Source of the DNA: Eledone cirrhosa
Taxonomy: Eukaryota
Assembly: GCA_964016885.1 (NCBI GenBank)
Contig: OZ024760.1
Location: 17,546,001 to 17,610,000, forward strand
Direction of reading: 5' to 3'
DNA length: 64,000 nt
In this document: in pieces, positions 51,601 through 63,600 of the stretch
Numbering within the stretch: position 1 is the stretch's first letter
How the letters are laid out: the number at the start of each line of letters is the position of its first letter
The notes under the pieces: generated by a model
What the model was told of the DNA's origin: nothing
Database searches by the model: none
What the model saw: only the letters and a program-made list of their open reading frames with translations
Translations under genes and position numbers: made by a program

Positions 51601-54600
51601 GGGGAGATAATTTTCAGCCGTCCAAGGGGAGATAATTTCCCGCCAGCCAAGGGAAGATAATATTTTAAAAAATCAGGGGGAGATAATTTGTAAAAAAAAT
51701 CAAGGGGAGATAATTTGTAAAAAAAATCAAGGGGAGATAATTTCCAGCCGTCCAAGGGGAGATAATTTTCAGCCGTCCAAGGAGAGGTAATTTCAAGCCG
51801 TCCAAGGGGAGATAATTTCCAGCCGTCCAAGGGGAGATAATTTCCAGCCGTCCAAGGTGAGATAATTTTTTAAAAATCAGTCGGAGATAATTTGTAAAAA
51901 AAATCAGGGGGAGATAATTTGTAAAAAAAAATCAGGGGGAGATAATTTGTAAAAAAAAATCAGGGGGAGATAATTTGTAAAAAAAAATCAGGGGGAGATA
52001 ATTTGTAAAAAAAATCAAGGGGAGATAATTTCCAGCCGTCCAAGGGGAGATAATTTTCAGCCGTCCAAGGGGAGATAATTTCCCGCCAGCCAAGGGGAGA
52101 TAATATTTAAAAAAATCAGGCGTAGATAATTTGTAAAAAAAAATCAGGGGGAGATAATTTGTAAAAAAATCAGGGGGAGATAATTTGTAAAAAAAAATCA
52201 GGGGTAGATAATTTGTAAAAAAAAATCAGGGGAGATAATTTGTAAAAAAAAATCAGGGGGAGATAATTTGTAAAAAAAATCAAGGGTAGATAATTTGTAA
52301 AAAAAATCAAGTGGAGATAATTTCCAGCCGTCCAAGGGGAGATAATTTTCAGCCGTCCAAGGAGAGGTAATTTCCAGCCGTCCAAGGGTAGATAATATCC
52401 AGCCGTCCAAGGAGACATATTTGCCAGCCGTCCAAGGAGAGGTAATTTCCAGCCGTCCAAAGGGAGATAAATTCCAGCCTCCAAGGGGAGATAATTTCCA
52501 GCCAGCCAAGGGGAGATAATTTGTAAAAAAATCAGGGGGAGATAATTTGTAAAAAAAATCAGGGGGAGATAATTTGTAAAAAAAAATCAGGGGGAGATAA
52601 TTTGTAAAAAAAATCAAGGGGAGATAATTTCCACCCGTCCAAGGGGAGATAATTTTCAGCCGTTCAAGGGGAGATAATTTCCCACCAGCCAAGGGAAGAT
52701 AATATTTAAAAAAATCAGGCGGAGATAATTTGTAAAAAAAATCAGGGGGAGATAATTTGTAAAAAAATCAGGGGAGATAATTTCCAGCCGTCCAAGGGGA
52801 GGTAATATCTAGCCGTCCAAGGGGAGATAATTTCCAGCCGTGCAAGGGGAGATAATTTCCAGCCGTCCAAGTTTAGATAATATCCAGCCGTCCAAGGAGA
52901 CATATTTTCCAGCCGTCCAAGGAGAGGTAATTTCTAGCCGTCCAAAGGGAGATAAATTCCAGCCTCCAAGGGGAGATAATTTCCAGCCAGCCAAGGGGAG
53001 ATAATTTGTAAAAAGATCAGGGGGAGATAATTTGTAAAAAAAATCAGGGGGAGATAATTTGTAAAAAAAAATCAGGGGGAGATAATTTGTAAAAAAAAAT
53101 CAAGGGGAGATAATTTGTAAAAAAAATCAAGGGAAGATAATTTCCAGCCGTCCAAGGGGAGATAATTTTCAGCCGTCCAAGGAGAGGTAATTTCAAGCCG
53201 TCCAAGGGGAGATAATTTCCAGCCGTCCAAGGGGAGATAATTTCCAGCCGTCCAAGGGGAGATAATTTTTTTTAAAAAATCAGGCGGAGATAATTTGTAA
53301 AAAAAATCAGGGGGAGATAATTTGTAAAAAAAATCAGGGGGAGATAATTTGTAAAAAAAAATCAGGGGGAGATAATTTGTAAAAAAAATCAAGGGGAGAT
53401 AATTTCCAGCCGTCCAAGGGGAGATAATTTTCAGCCGTCCAAGGGGAGATAATTTCCCGCCAGCCAAGGGAAGATAATATTAAAAAAAATCAGGATGATA
53501 ATTTGTAAAAAAAATCAGGGGGAGATAATTTGTAAAAAAATCAGGGGGAGATAATTTGTAAAAAAAATCAGGGGTAGATAATTTGTAAAAAAAAATCAAG
53601 GGGAGATAATTTGTAAAATAAAATCAGGGGGAGATAATTTGTAAAAAAAATCAAGGGGAGATAATTTGTAAAAAAAATCAAGGGGAGATAATTTCCAGCC
53701 GTCCAAGGGGAGATAATTTTCAGCCGTCCAAGGAGAGGTAATTTCAAGCCGTCCAAGGGGAGATAATTTCCAGCCGTCCAAGGGGAGATAATTTCCAGCC
53801 GTCCAAGGGGAGATAATTTCCAGCCGTCCAAGGGTAGATAAAATCCAGCCGTCCAAGGAGACGTATTTGCCAGCCGTCCAAGGAGAGGTAATTTCTAGCC
53901 GTCCAAAGGGAGATAAATTCCAGCCTCCAAGGGGAGATAATTTCCAGCCAGCCAAGGGGAGATAATTTGTAAAAAAATCAGGGGGAGATAATTTGTAAAA
54001 AAAATCAGGGGGAGATAATTTGTAAAAAAAAATCAGGGGGAGATAATTTGTAAAAAAAAATCAGGGGGAGATAATTTGTAAAAAATATCAAGGGGAGATA
54101 ATTTCCAGCCGTCCAAGGGGAGATAATTTTCAGCCGTCCAAGGGGAGATAATTTCCCGCCAGCCAAGGGAAGATAATATTTAAATCAATCAGGGGGAGAT
54201 AATTTGTAAAAAAAATCAAGGGGAGATAATTTGTAAAAAAAATCAAGGGGAGATAATTTCCAGCCGTCCAAGGGGAGATAATTTTCAGCCGTCCAAGGAG
54301 AGGTAATTTCAAGCCGTCCAAGGGGAGATAATTTCCAGCCGTCCAAGGGGAGATAATTTCCAGCCGTCCAAGGGGAGATAATTTTTTTAAAAAAATCAGT
54401 CGGAGATAATTTGTAAAAAAAATCAGGGGGAGATAATTTGTAAAAAAAAATCAGGGGGAGATAATTTGTAAAAAAAAATCAGGGGGAGATAATTTGTAAA
54501 AAAAAATCAGGGGGAGATAATTTATAAAAAAAATCAAGGGGAGATAATTTCCAGCCGTCCAAGGGGAGATAATTTTCAGCCGTCCAAGGGGAGATAATTT

Positions 54601-57300
54601 CCCGCCAGCCAAGGGGAGATAATATTTAAAAAAATCAGGCGGAGATAATTTGTAAAAAAAATCAGGGGGAGATAATTTGTAAAAAAATCAGGGGGAGATA
54701 ATTTGTAAAAAAAAATCAGGGGTAGATAATTTGTAAAAAAAAATCAGGGGAGATAATTTGTAAAAAAAAATCATGGGGAGATAATTTGTAAAAAAAATCA
54801 AGGGGAGATAATTTGTAAAAAAAATCAAGGGGAGGTAATTTCCAGCCGTCCAAGGGGAGATAATTTTCAGCCGTCCAAGGAGAGGTAATTTCAAGCCGTC
54901 CAAGGGGAGATAATTTCCAGCCGTCCAAGGGGAGATAATTTCCAGCCGTCCAAGGGGAGATAATTTCCAGCCGTCCAAGGGTAGATAATATCCAGCCGTC
55001 CAAGGAGACATATTTGCCAGCCGTCCAAGGAGAGGTAATTTCTAGCCGTCCAAAGGGAGATAAATTCCAGCCTCCAAGGGGAGATAATTTCCAGCCAGCC
55101 AAGGGGAGATAATTTGTAAAAAAATCAGGGGGAGATAATTTGTAAAAAAAATCAGGGGGAGATAATTTGTAAAAAAAAATCAGGGGGAGATAATTTGTAA
55201 AAAAAAATCAGGGGGAGATAATTTGTAAAAAAAATCAAGGGGAGATAATTTGTAAAAAAAATCAAGGGGAGATAATTTCCACCCGTCCAAGGGGAGATAA
55301 TTTCCCGCCAGCCAAGGGAAGATAATATTTAAAAAAATCAGGCGGAGATAATTTGTAAAAAAAATCAGGGGGAGATAATTTGTAAAAAAATCAGGGGAGA
55401 TAATTTGTAAAAAAAAATCAGGGGTAGATAATTTGTAAAAAAAAATCAGGGGGAGATAATTTGTAAAAAAAAATCAGGGGGAGATAATTTGTCAAAAAAA
55501 TCAAGGGGAGATAATTTGTAAAAAAAATCAAGGGGAGATAATTTCCAGCCGTCCAAGGGAAGATAATTTTAAAAAAAATCAGGCGGAGATTGTAAAAAAA
55601 ATCAGGGGGAGGTAATTTGTAAAAAAAATCAGGGGGAGATAATTTGTAAAAAAAATCAGGGGTAGATAATTTGTAAAAAAAATCAGGGGGAGATAATTTG
55701 TAAAAAAAAATCAGGGGGAGATAATTTGTAAAAAAAATCAAGGGGAGATAATTTGCAGCCGTCCAAGGGGAGATAATTTTCAGCCGTCCAAGGAGAGGTA
55801 ATTTCTAGCCGTCCAAGGGGAGATAATTTCCAGCCGTCCAAGGGGAGATAATTTCCAGCCGTCCAAGGGAAGATAATTTTTTTAAAAAAATCAGGCGGAG
55901 ATAATTTGTAAAAAAAAAATCAGGGGGAGATAATTTGTAAAAAAAAATCAGGGGGAGATAATTTGTAAAAAAAAATCAGGGGGAGATAATTTGTAAAAAA
56001 AATCAAGGGGAGAAAATTTCCAGCCGTCCAAGGGAAGATAATTTCCAGCCCTCCAAGGGGCTATAATTTCCAGCCGTCCAAGGGGAGGTAATATCTAGCC
56101 GTCCAAGGGGAGATAATTTCCAGCCGTCCAAGGGGAGATAATTTCCAGCCGTTCAAGGGTAGATAATATCCAGCCGTCCAAGGAGACATATTTTCCAGCC
56201 GTCCAAGGAGAGGTAATTTCTAGCCGTCCAAAGGGAGATAATTTCCAGCCGTCCAAGGGGAGATAATTTCCAGCCGTCCAAGGGTAGATAATATCCAGCC
56301 GTCCAAGGAGACATATTTTCCAGCCTTCCAAGGAGAGGTAATTTCTAGCCGTCCAAAGGGAGATAAATTCCAGCCTCCAAGGGGAGATAATTTCCAGCCA
56401 GCCAAGGGGAGATAATTTGTAAAAAAATCAGGGGGAGATAATTTGTAAAAAAAAATCAGGGGTAGATAATTTGTAAAAAAAAATCAGGGGGAGATAATTT
56501 GTAAAAAAAATCAAGGGGAGATAATTTGTAAAAAAAATCAAGGGGAGATAATTTCCAGCCGTCCAAGGGGAGATAATTTTCAGCCGTCCAAGGAGAGGTA
56601 ATTTCAAGCCGTCCAAGAGGAGATAATTTCCAGCCGTCCAAGGGGAGATAATTTCCAGCCGTCCAAGGGGAGATAATTTCCAGCCGTCCAAGGGTAGATA
56701 AAATCCAGCCGTCCAAGGAGACATATTTGCCAGCCGTCCAAGGAGAGGTAATTTCTAGCCGTCCAAAGGGAGATAAATTCCAGCCTCCAAGGGGAGATAA
56801 TTTCCAGCCAGCCAAGGGGAGATAATTTGTAAAAAAATCAGGGGGAGATAATTTGTAAAAAAAATCAGGGGGAGATAATTTGTAAAAAAAAATCAGGGGG
56901 AGATAATTTGTAAAAAAAAGTCAGGGGGAGATAATTTGTAAAAAAAAATCAGGGGGAGATAATTTGTAAAAAAAATCAAGGGGAGATAATTTGTAAAAAA
57001 AATCAAGGGGAGATAATTTCCAGCCGTCCAAGGGGAGATAATTTTCAGCCGTCCAAGGAGAGGTAATTTCAAGCCGTCCAAGGGGAGATAATTTCCAGCC
57101 GTCCAAGGGGAGATAATTTCCAGCCGTCCAAGGGGAGATAATTTTTTTTAAAAAATCAGTCGGAGATAATTTGTAAAAAAAATCAGGGGGAGATAATTTG
57201 TAAAAAAAAATCAGGGGGAGATAATTTGTAAAAAAAAATCAGGGGGAGATAATTTGTAAAAAAAAATCAGGGGGAGATAATTTGTAAAAAAAATCAAGGG
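33700..57300 (+). repeat. Degenerate ~12-kb higher-order pair (~33.7-45.7 kb vs ~45.9-57.3 kb; boundaries approximate)
   Basis: Shared private variants: CCAATGGG (33769/46006), CAGCGGGA (~33903/46140), GAGTTAATTT (~35140/47162), CCTTCCAAGGAGAGG (~44628/56324). Offsets drift from 12237 to 11669. Confidence 0.85.
49560..52290 (+). repeat. Segment repeated at 1,705-bp spacing (boundaries approximate)
   Basis: TTCTAGCCTCC (49700/51405), AAGGTGAGAT (50153/51858) and CAGGCGTAGA (~50412/52117). Confidence 0.8.
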
Positions 57301-59890
57301 GAGATAATTTCCAGCCGTCCAAGGGGAGATAATTTTCAGCCGTCCAAGGGGAGATAATTTCCCGCCAGCCAAGGGGAGATAATATTTAAAAAAAATCAGG
57401 CGGAGATAATTTGTAAAAAAAATCAGGGGGAGATAATTTGTAAAAAAATCAGGGGGAGATAATTTGTAAAAAAAATCAGGGGTAGATAATTTGTAAAAAA
57501 AAATCAGGGGAGATAATTTGTAAAAAAAAATCAGGGGGAGATAATTTGTAAAAAAAATCAAGGGGAGATAATTTGTAAAAAAAATCAAGGGGAGATAATT
57601 TCCAGCCGTCCAAGGGGAGATAATTTTCAGCCGTCCAAGGAGAGGTAATTTCAAGCCGTCCAAGGGGAGATAATTTCCAGCCGTCCAAGGGGAGATAATT
57701 TCCAGCCGTCCAAGGGGAGATAATTTCCAGCCGTCCAAGGGTAGATAATATCCAGCCGTCCAAGGAGACATATTTGCCAGCCGTCCAAGGAGAGGTAATT
57801 TCTAGCCGTCCAAAGGGAGATAAATTCCAGCCTCCAAGGGGAGATAATTTCCAGCCAGCCAAGGGGAGATAATTTGTAAAAAAATCAGGGGGAGATAATT
57901 TGTAAAAAAAATCAGGGGGAGATAATTTGTAAAAAAAAATCAGGGGGAGATAATTTGTAAAAAAAATCAAGGGGAGATAATTTCCAGCCGTCCAAGGGGA
58001 GATAATTTTCAGCCGTCCAAGGGGAGATAATTTCCCGCCAGCCAAGGGAAGATAATATTTAAAAAAATCAGGGGGGATAATTTGTAAAAAAAATCAAGGG
58101 GAGATAATTTGTAAAAAAAATCAAGGGGAGATAATTTCCAGCCGTCCAAGGGGAGATAATTTTCAGCCGTCCAAGGAGAGGTAATTTCAAGCCGTCCAAG
58201 GGGAGATAATTTCCAGCCGTCCAAGGGGAGATAATTTCCAGCCGTCCAAGGGGAGATAATTTTTTTAAAAAAATCAGTCGGAGATAATTTGTAAAAAAAA
58301 TCAGGGGGAGATAATTTGTAAAATAAAATCAGGGGGAGATAATTTGTAAAAAAAAATCAGGGGGAGATAATTTGTAAAAAAAAATCAGGGGGAGATAATT
58401 TGTAAAAAAAATCAAGGGGAGATAATTTCCAGCCGTCCAAGGGGAGATAATTTTCAGCCGTCCAAGGGGAGATAATTTCCCGCCAGCCAAGGGGAGATAA
58501 TATTTAAAAAAATCAGGCGGACATAATTTGTAAAAAAAATCAGGGGGAGATAATTTGTAAAAAAATCAGGGGGAGATAATTTGTAAAAAAAATCAGGGGT
58601 AGATAATTTGTAAAAAAAAAATCAGGGGAGATAATTTGTAAAAAAAAATCAGGGGGAGATAATTTGTAAAAAAAATCAAGGGGAGATAATTTGTAAAAAA
58701 AATCAAGGGGAGATAATTTCCAGCCGTCCAAGGGGAGATAATTTTCAGCCGTCCAAGGAGAGGTAATTTCAAGCCGTCCAAGGGGAGATAATTTCCAGCC
58801 GTCCAAGGGGAGATAATTTCCAGCCGTCCAAGGGGAGATAATTTCCAGCCGTCCAAGGGTAGATAATATCCAGCCGTCCAAGGAGACATATTTGCCAGCC
58901 GTCCAAGGAGAGGTAATTTCTAGCCGTCCAAAGGGAGATAAATTCCAGCCTCCAAGGGGAGATAATTTCCAGCCAGCCAAGGGGAGATAATTTGTAAAAA
59001 AATCAGGGGGAGATAATTTGTAAAAAAAATCAGGGGGAGATAATTTGTAAAAAAAAATCAGGGGGAGATAATTTGTAAAAAAAATCAAGGGGAGATAATT
59101 TCCAGCCGTCCAAGGGGAGATAATTTTCAGCCGTCCAAGGGGAGATAATTTCCCGCCAGCCAAGGGAAGATAATATTTAAAAAAATCAGGGGGGATAATT
59201 TGTAAAAAAAATCAAGGGGAGATAATTTGTAAAAAAAATCAAGGGGAGATAATTTCCAGCCGTCCAAGGGGAGATAATTTTCAGCCGTCCAAGGAGAGGT
59301 AATTTCAAGCCGTCCAAGGGGAGATAATTTCCCGCCGTCCAAGGGGAGATAATTTCCAGCCGTCCAAGGGGAGATAATTTTTTTAAAAAAATCAGTCGGA
59401 GATAATTTGTAAAAAAAATCAGGGGGAGATAATTTGTAAAAAAAAATCAGGGGGAGATAATTTGTAAAAAAAAATCAGGGGGAGATAATTTGTAAAAAAA
59501 AATCAGGGGGAGATAATTTGTAAAAAAAATCAAGGGGAGATAATTTCCAGCCGTCCAAGGGGAGATAATTTTCAGCCGTCCAAGGGGAGATAATTTCCCG
59601 CCAGCCAAGGGGAGATAATATTTAAAAAAATCAGGCGGAGATAATTTGTAAAAAAAATCAGGGGGAGATAATTTGTAAAAAAATCAGGGGGAGATAATTT
59701 GTAAAAAAAAATCAGGGGTAGATAATTTGTAAAAAAAAATCAGGGGAGATAATTTGTAAAAAAAAAATCAGGGGGAGATAATTTGTAAAAAAAATCAAGG
59801 GGAGATAATTTGTAAAAAAAATCAAGGGGAGATAATTTCCAGCCGTCCAAGGGGAGATAATTTTCAGCCGTCCAAGGAGAGGTAATTTCC
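56955..59890 (+). repeat. 1,118-bp tandem higher-order repeat, ~2.6 copies
   Basis: CAGTCGG at 57157, 58275 and 59393. Private CAGGGGGGATAA variant at 58071 and 59189. Confidence 0.9.
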
Positions 59891-60699
59891 AGCCGTCCAA
59901 GGGTAGATAATATCCAGCCGTCCAAGGAGACATATTTGCCAGCCGTCCAAGGAGAGGTAATTTCTAGCCGTCCAAAGGGAGATAAATTCCAGCCTCCAAG
60001 GGGAGATAATTTCCAGCCAGCCAAGGGGAGATAATTTGTAAAAAAATCAGGGGGAGATAATTTGTAAAAAAAATCAGGGGGAGATAATTTGTAAAAAAAA
60101 ATCAGGGGGAGATAATTTGTAAAAAAAAATCAGGGGGAGATAATTTGTAAAAAAAAATCAGGGGGAGATAATTTGTAAAAAAAATCAAGGGGAGATAATT
60201 TCCACCCGTCCAAGGGGAGATAATTTTCAGCCGTCCAAGGGGAGATAATTTCCCGCCAGCCAAGGGAAGATAATATTTAAAAAAATCAGGCGGAGATAAT
60301 TTGTAAAAAAAAATCAGGGGGAGATAATTTGTAAAAAAATCAGGGGAGATAATTTCCAGCCGTCCAAGGGGAGGTAATATCTAGCCGTCCAAGGGGAGAT
60401 AATTTCCAGCCGTGCAAGGGGAGATAATTTCCAGCCGTCCAAGTTTAGATAATATCCAGCCGTCCAAGGAGACATATTTTCCAGCCGTCCAAGGAGAGGT
60501 AATTTCTAGCCGTCCAAAGGGAGATAAATTCCAGCCTCCAAGGGGAGATAATTTCCAGCCAGCCAAGGGGAGATAATTTGTAAAAAGATCAGGGGGAGAT
60601 AATTTGTAAAAAAAAATCAGGGGGAGATAATTTGTAAAAAAAAATCAGGGGGAGATAATTTGTAAAAAAAAATCAGGGGGAGATAATTTGTAAAAAAAA

Positions 60700-63600
60700 A
60701 TCAGGGGGAGATAATTTGTAAAAAAAATCAAGGGGAGATAATTTCCAGCCGTCCAAGGGGAGATAATTTTCAGCCGTCCAAGGGGAGATAATTTCCCGCC
60801 AGCCAAGGGGAGATAATATTTAAAAAAATCAGGCGTAGATAATTTGTAAAAAAAAATCAGGGGGAGATAATTTGTAAAAAAATCAGGGGGAGATAATTTG
60901 TAAAAAAAAATCAGGGGTAGATAATTTGTAAAAAAAAATCAGGGGAGATAATTTGTAAAAAAAAATCAGGGGGAGATAATTTGTAAAAAAAATCAAGGGT
61001 AGATAATTTGTAAAAAAAATCAAGTGGAGATAATTTCCAGCCGTCCAAGGGGAGATAATTTTCAGCCGTCCAAGGAGAGGTAATTTCCAGCCGTCCAAGG
61101 GTAGATAATATCCAGCCGTCCAAGGAGACATATTTGCCAGCCGTCCAAGGAGAGGTAATTTCCAGCCGTCCAAAGGGAGATAAATTCCAGCCTCCAAGGG
61201 GAGATAATTTCCAGCCAGCCAAGGGGAGATAATTTGTAAAAAAATCAGGGGGAGATAATTTGTAAAAAAAATCAGGGGGAGATAATTTGTAAAAAAAAAT
61301 CAGGGGGAGATAATTTGTAAAAAAAAATCAGGGGGAGATAATTTGTAAAAAAAATCAAGGGGAGATAATTTCCACCCGTCCAAGGGGAGATAATTTTCAG
61401 CCGTCCAAGGGGAGATAATTTCCCACCAGCCAAGGGAAGATAATATTTAAAAAAATCAGGCGGAGATAATTTGTAAAAAAAATCAGGGGGAGATAATTTG
61501 TAAAAAAATCAGGGGAGATAATTTCCAGCCGTCCAAGGGGAGGTAATATCTAGCCGTCCAAGGGGAGATAATTTCCAGCCGTGCAAGGGGAGATAATTTC
61601 CAGCCGTCCAAGTTTAGATAATATCCAGCCGTCCAAGGAGACATATTTTCCAGCCGTCCAAGGAGAGGTAATTTCTAGCCGTCCAAAGGGAGATAAATTC
61701 CAGCCTCCAAGGGGAGATAATTTCCAGCCAGCCAAGGGGAGATAATTTGTAAAAAGATCAGGGGGAGATAATTTGTAAAAAAAATCAGGGGGAGATAATT
61801 TGTAAAAAAAAATCAGGGGGAGATAATTTGTAAAAAAAAATCAGGGGGAGATAATTTGTAAAAAAAAATCAGGGGGAGATAATTTGTAAAAAAACTCAAG
61901 GGGAGATAATTTCCAGCCGTCCAAGGGGAGATAATTTTCAGCCGTCCAAGGGGAGATAATTTCCCGCCAGCCAAGGGAAGATAATATTTAAAAAAATCAG
62001 GCGGAGATAATTTGTAAAAAAAATCAGGGGGAGATAATTTGTAAAAAAATCAGGGGGAGATAATTTGTAAAAAAAAATCAGGGGTAGATAATTTGTAAAA
62101 AAAAATAAGGGGGAGATAATTTGTAAAAAAAAATCAGGGGGAGATAATTTGTAAAAAAAATCAAGGGGAGATAATTTGTAAAAAAATCAAGGGGAGATAA
62201 TTTCCAGCCGTCCAAGGGGAGATAATTTTCAGCCGTCCAAGGAGAGGTAATTTCAAGCCGTCCAAGGGGAGATAATTTCCAGCCGTCCAAGGGGAGATAA
62301 TTTCCAGCCGTCCAAGGGGAGATAATTTTTTTTAAAAAATCAGGCGGAGATAATTTGTAAAAAAAATCAGGGGGAGATAATTTGTAAAAAAAATCAGGGG
62401 GAGATAATTTGTAAAAAAAAATCAGGGGGAGATAATTTGTAAAAAAAATCAAGGGGAGATAATTTCCAGCCGTCCAAGGGGAGATAATTTTCAGCCGTCC
62501 AAGGGGAGATAATTTCCCGCCAGCCAAGGGAAGATAATATTAAAAAAAATCAGGATGATAATTTGTAAAAAAAATCAGGGGGAGATAATTTGTAAAAAAA
62601 TCAGGGGGAGATAATTTGTAAAAAAAATCAGGGGTAGATAATTTGTAAAAAAAAATCAAGGGGAGATAATTTGTAAAAAAAAATCAGGGGGAGATAATTT
62701 GTAAAAAAAATCAAGGGGAGATAATTTGTAAAAAAAATCAAGGGGAGATAATTTCCAGCCGTCCAAGGGGAGATAATTTTCAGCCGTCCAAGGAGAGGTA
62801 ATTTCAAGCCGTCCAAGGGGAGATAATTTCCAGCCGTCCAAGGGGAGATAATTTCCAGCCGTCCAAGGGGAGATAATTTCCAGCCGTCCAAGGGTAGATA
62901 AAATCCAGCCGTCCAAGGAGACATATTTGCCAGCCGTCCAAGGAGAGGTAATTTCTAGCCGTCCAAAGGGAGATAAATTCCAGCCTCCAAGGGGAGATAA
63001 TTTCCAGCCAGCCAAGGGGAGATAATTTGTAAAAAAATCAGGGGGAGATAATTTGTAAAAAAAATCAGGGGGAGATAATTTGTAAAAAAAAATCAGGGGG
63101 AGATAATTTGTAAAAAAAAATCAGGGGGAGATAATTTGTAAAAAAAAATCAGGGGGAGATAATTTGTAAAAAATATCAAGGGGAGATAATTTCCAGCCGT
63201 CCAAGGGGAGATAATTTTCAGCCGTCCAAGGGGAGATAATTTCCCGCCAGCCAAGGGAAGATAATATTTAAAAAAATCAGGGGGAGATAATTTGTAAAAA
63301 AAATCAAGGGGAGATAATTTGTAAAAAAAATCAAGGGGAGATAATTTCCAGCCGTCCAAGGGGAGATAATTTTCAGCCGTCCAAGGAGAGGTAATTTCAA
63401 GCCGTCCAAGGGGAGATAATTTCCAGCCGTCCAAGGGGAGATAATTTCCAGCCGTCCAAGGGGAGATAATTTTTTTAAAAAAATCAGTCGGAGATAATTT
63501 GTAAAAAAAATCAGGGGGAGATAATTTGTAAAGAAAAATCAGGGGGAGATAATTTGTAAAAAAAAATCAGGGGGAGATAATTTGTAAAAAAAAATCAGGG

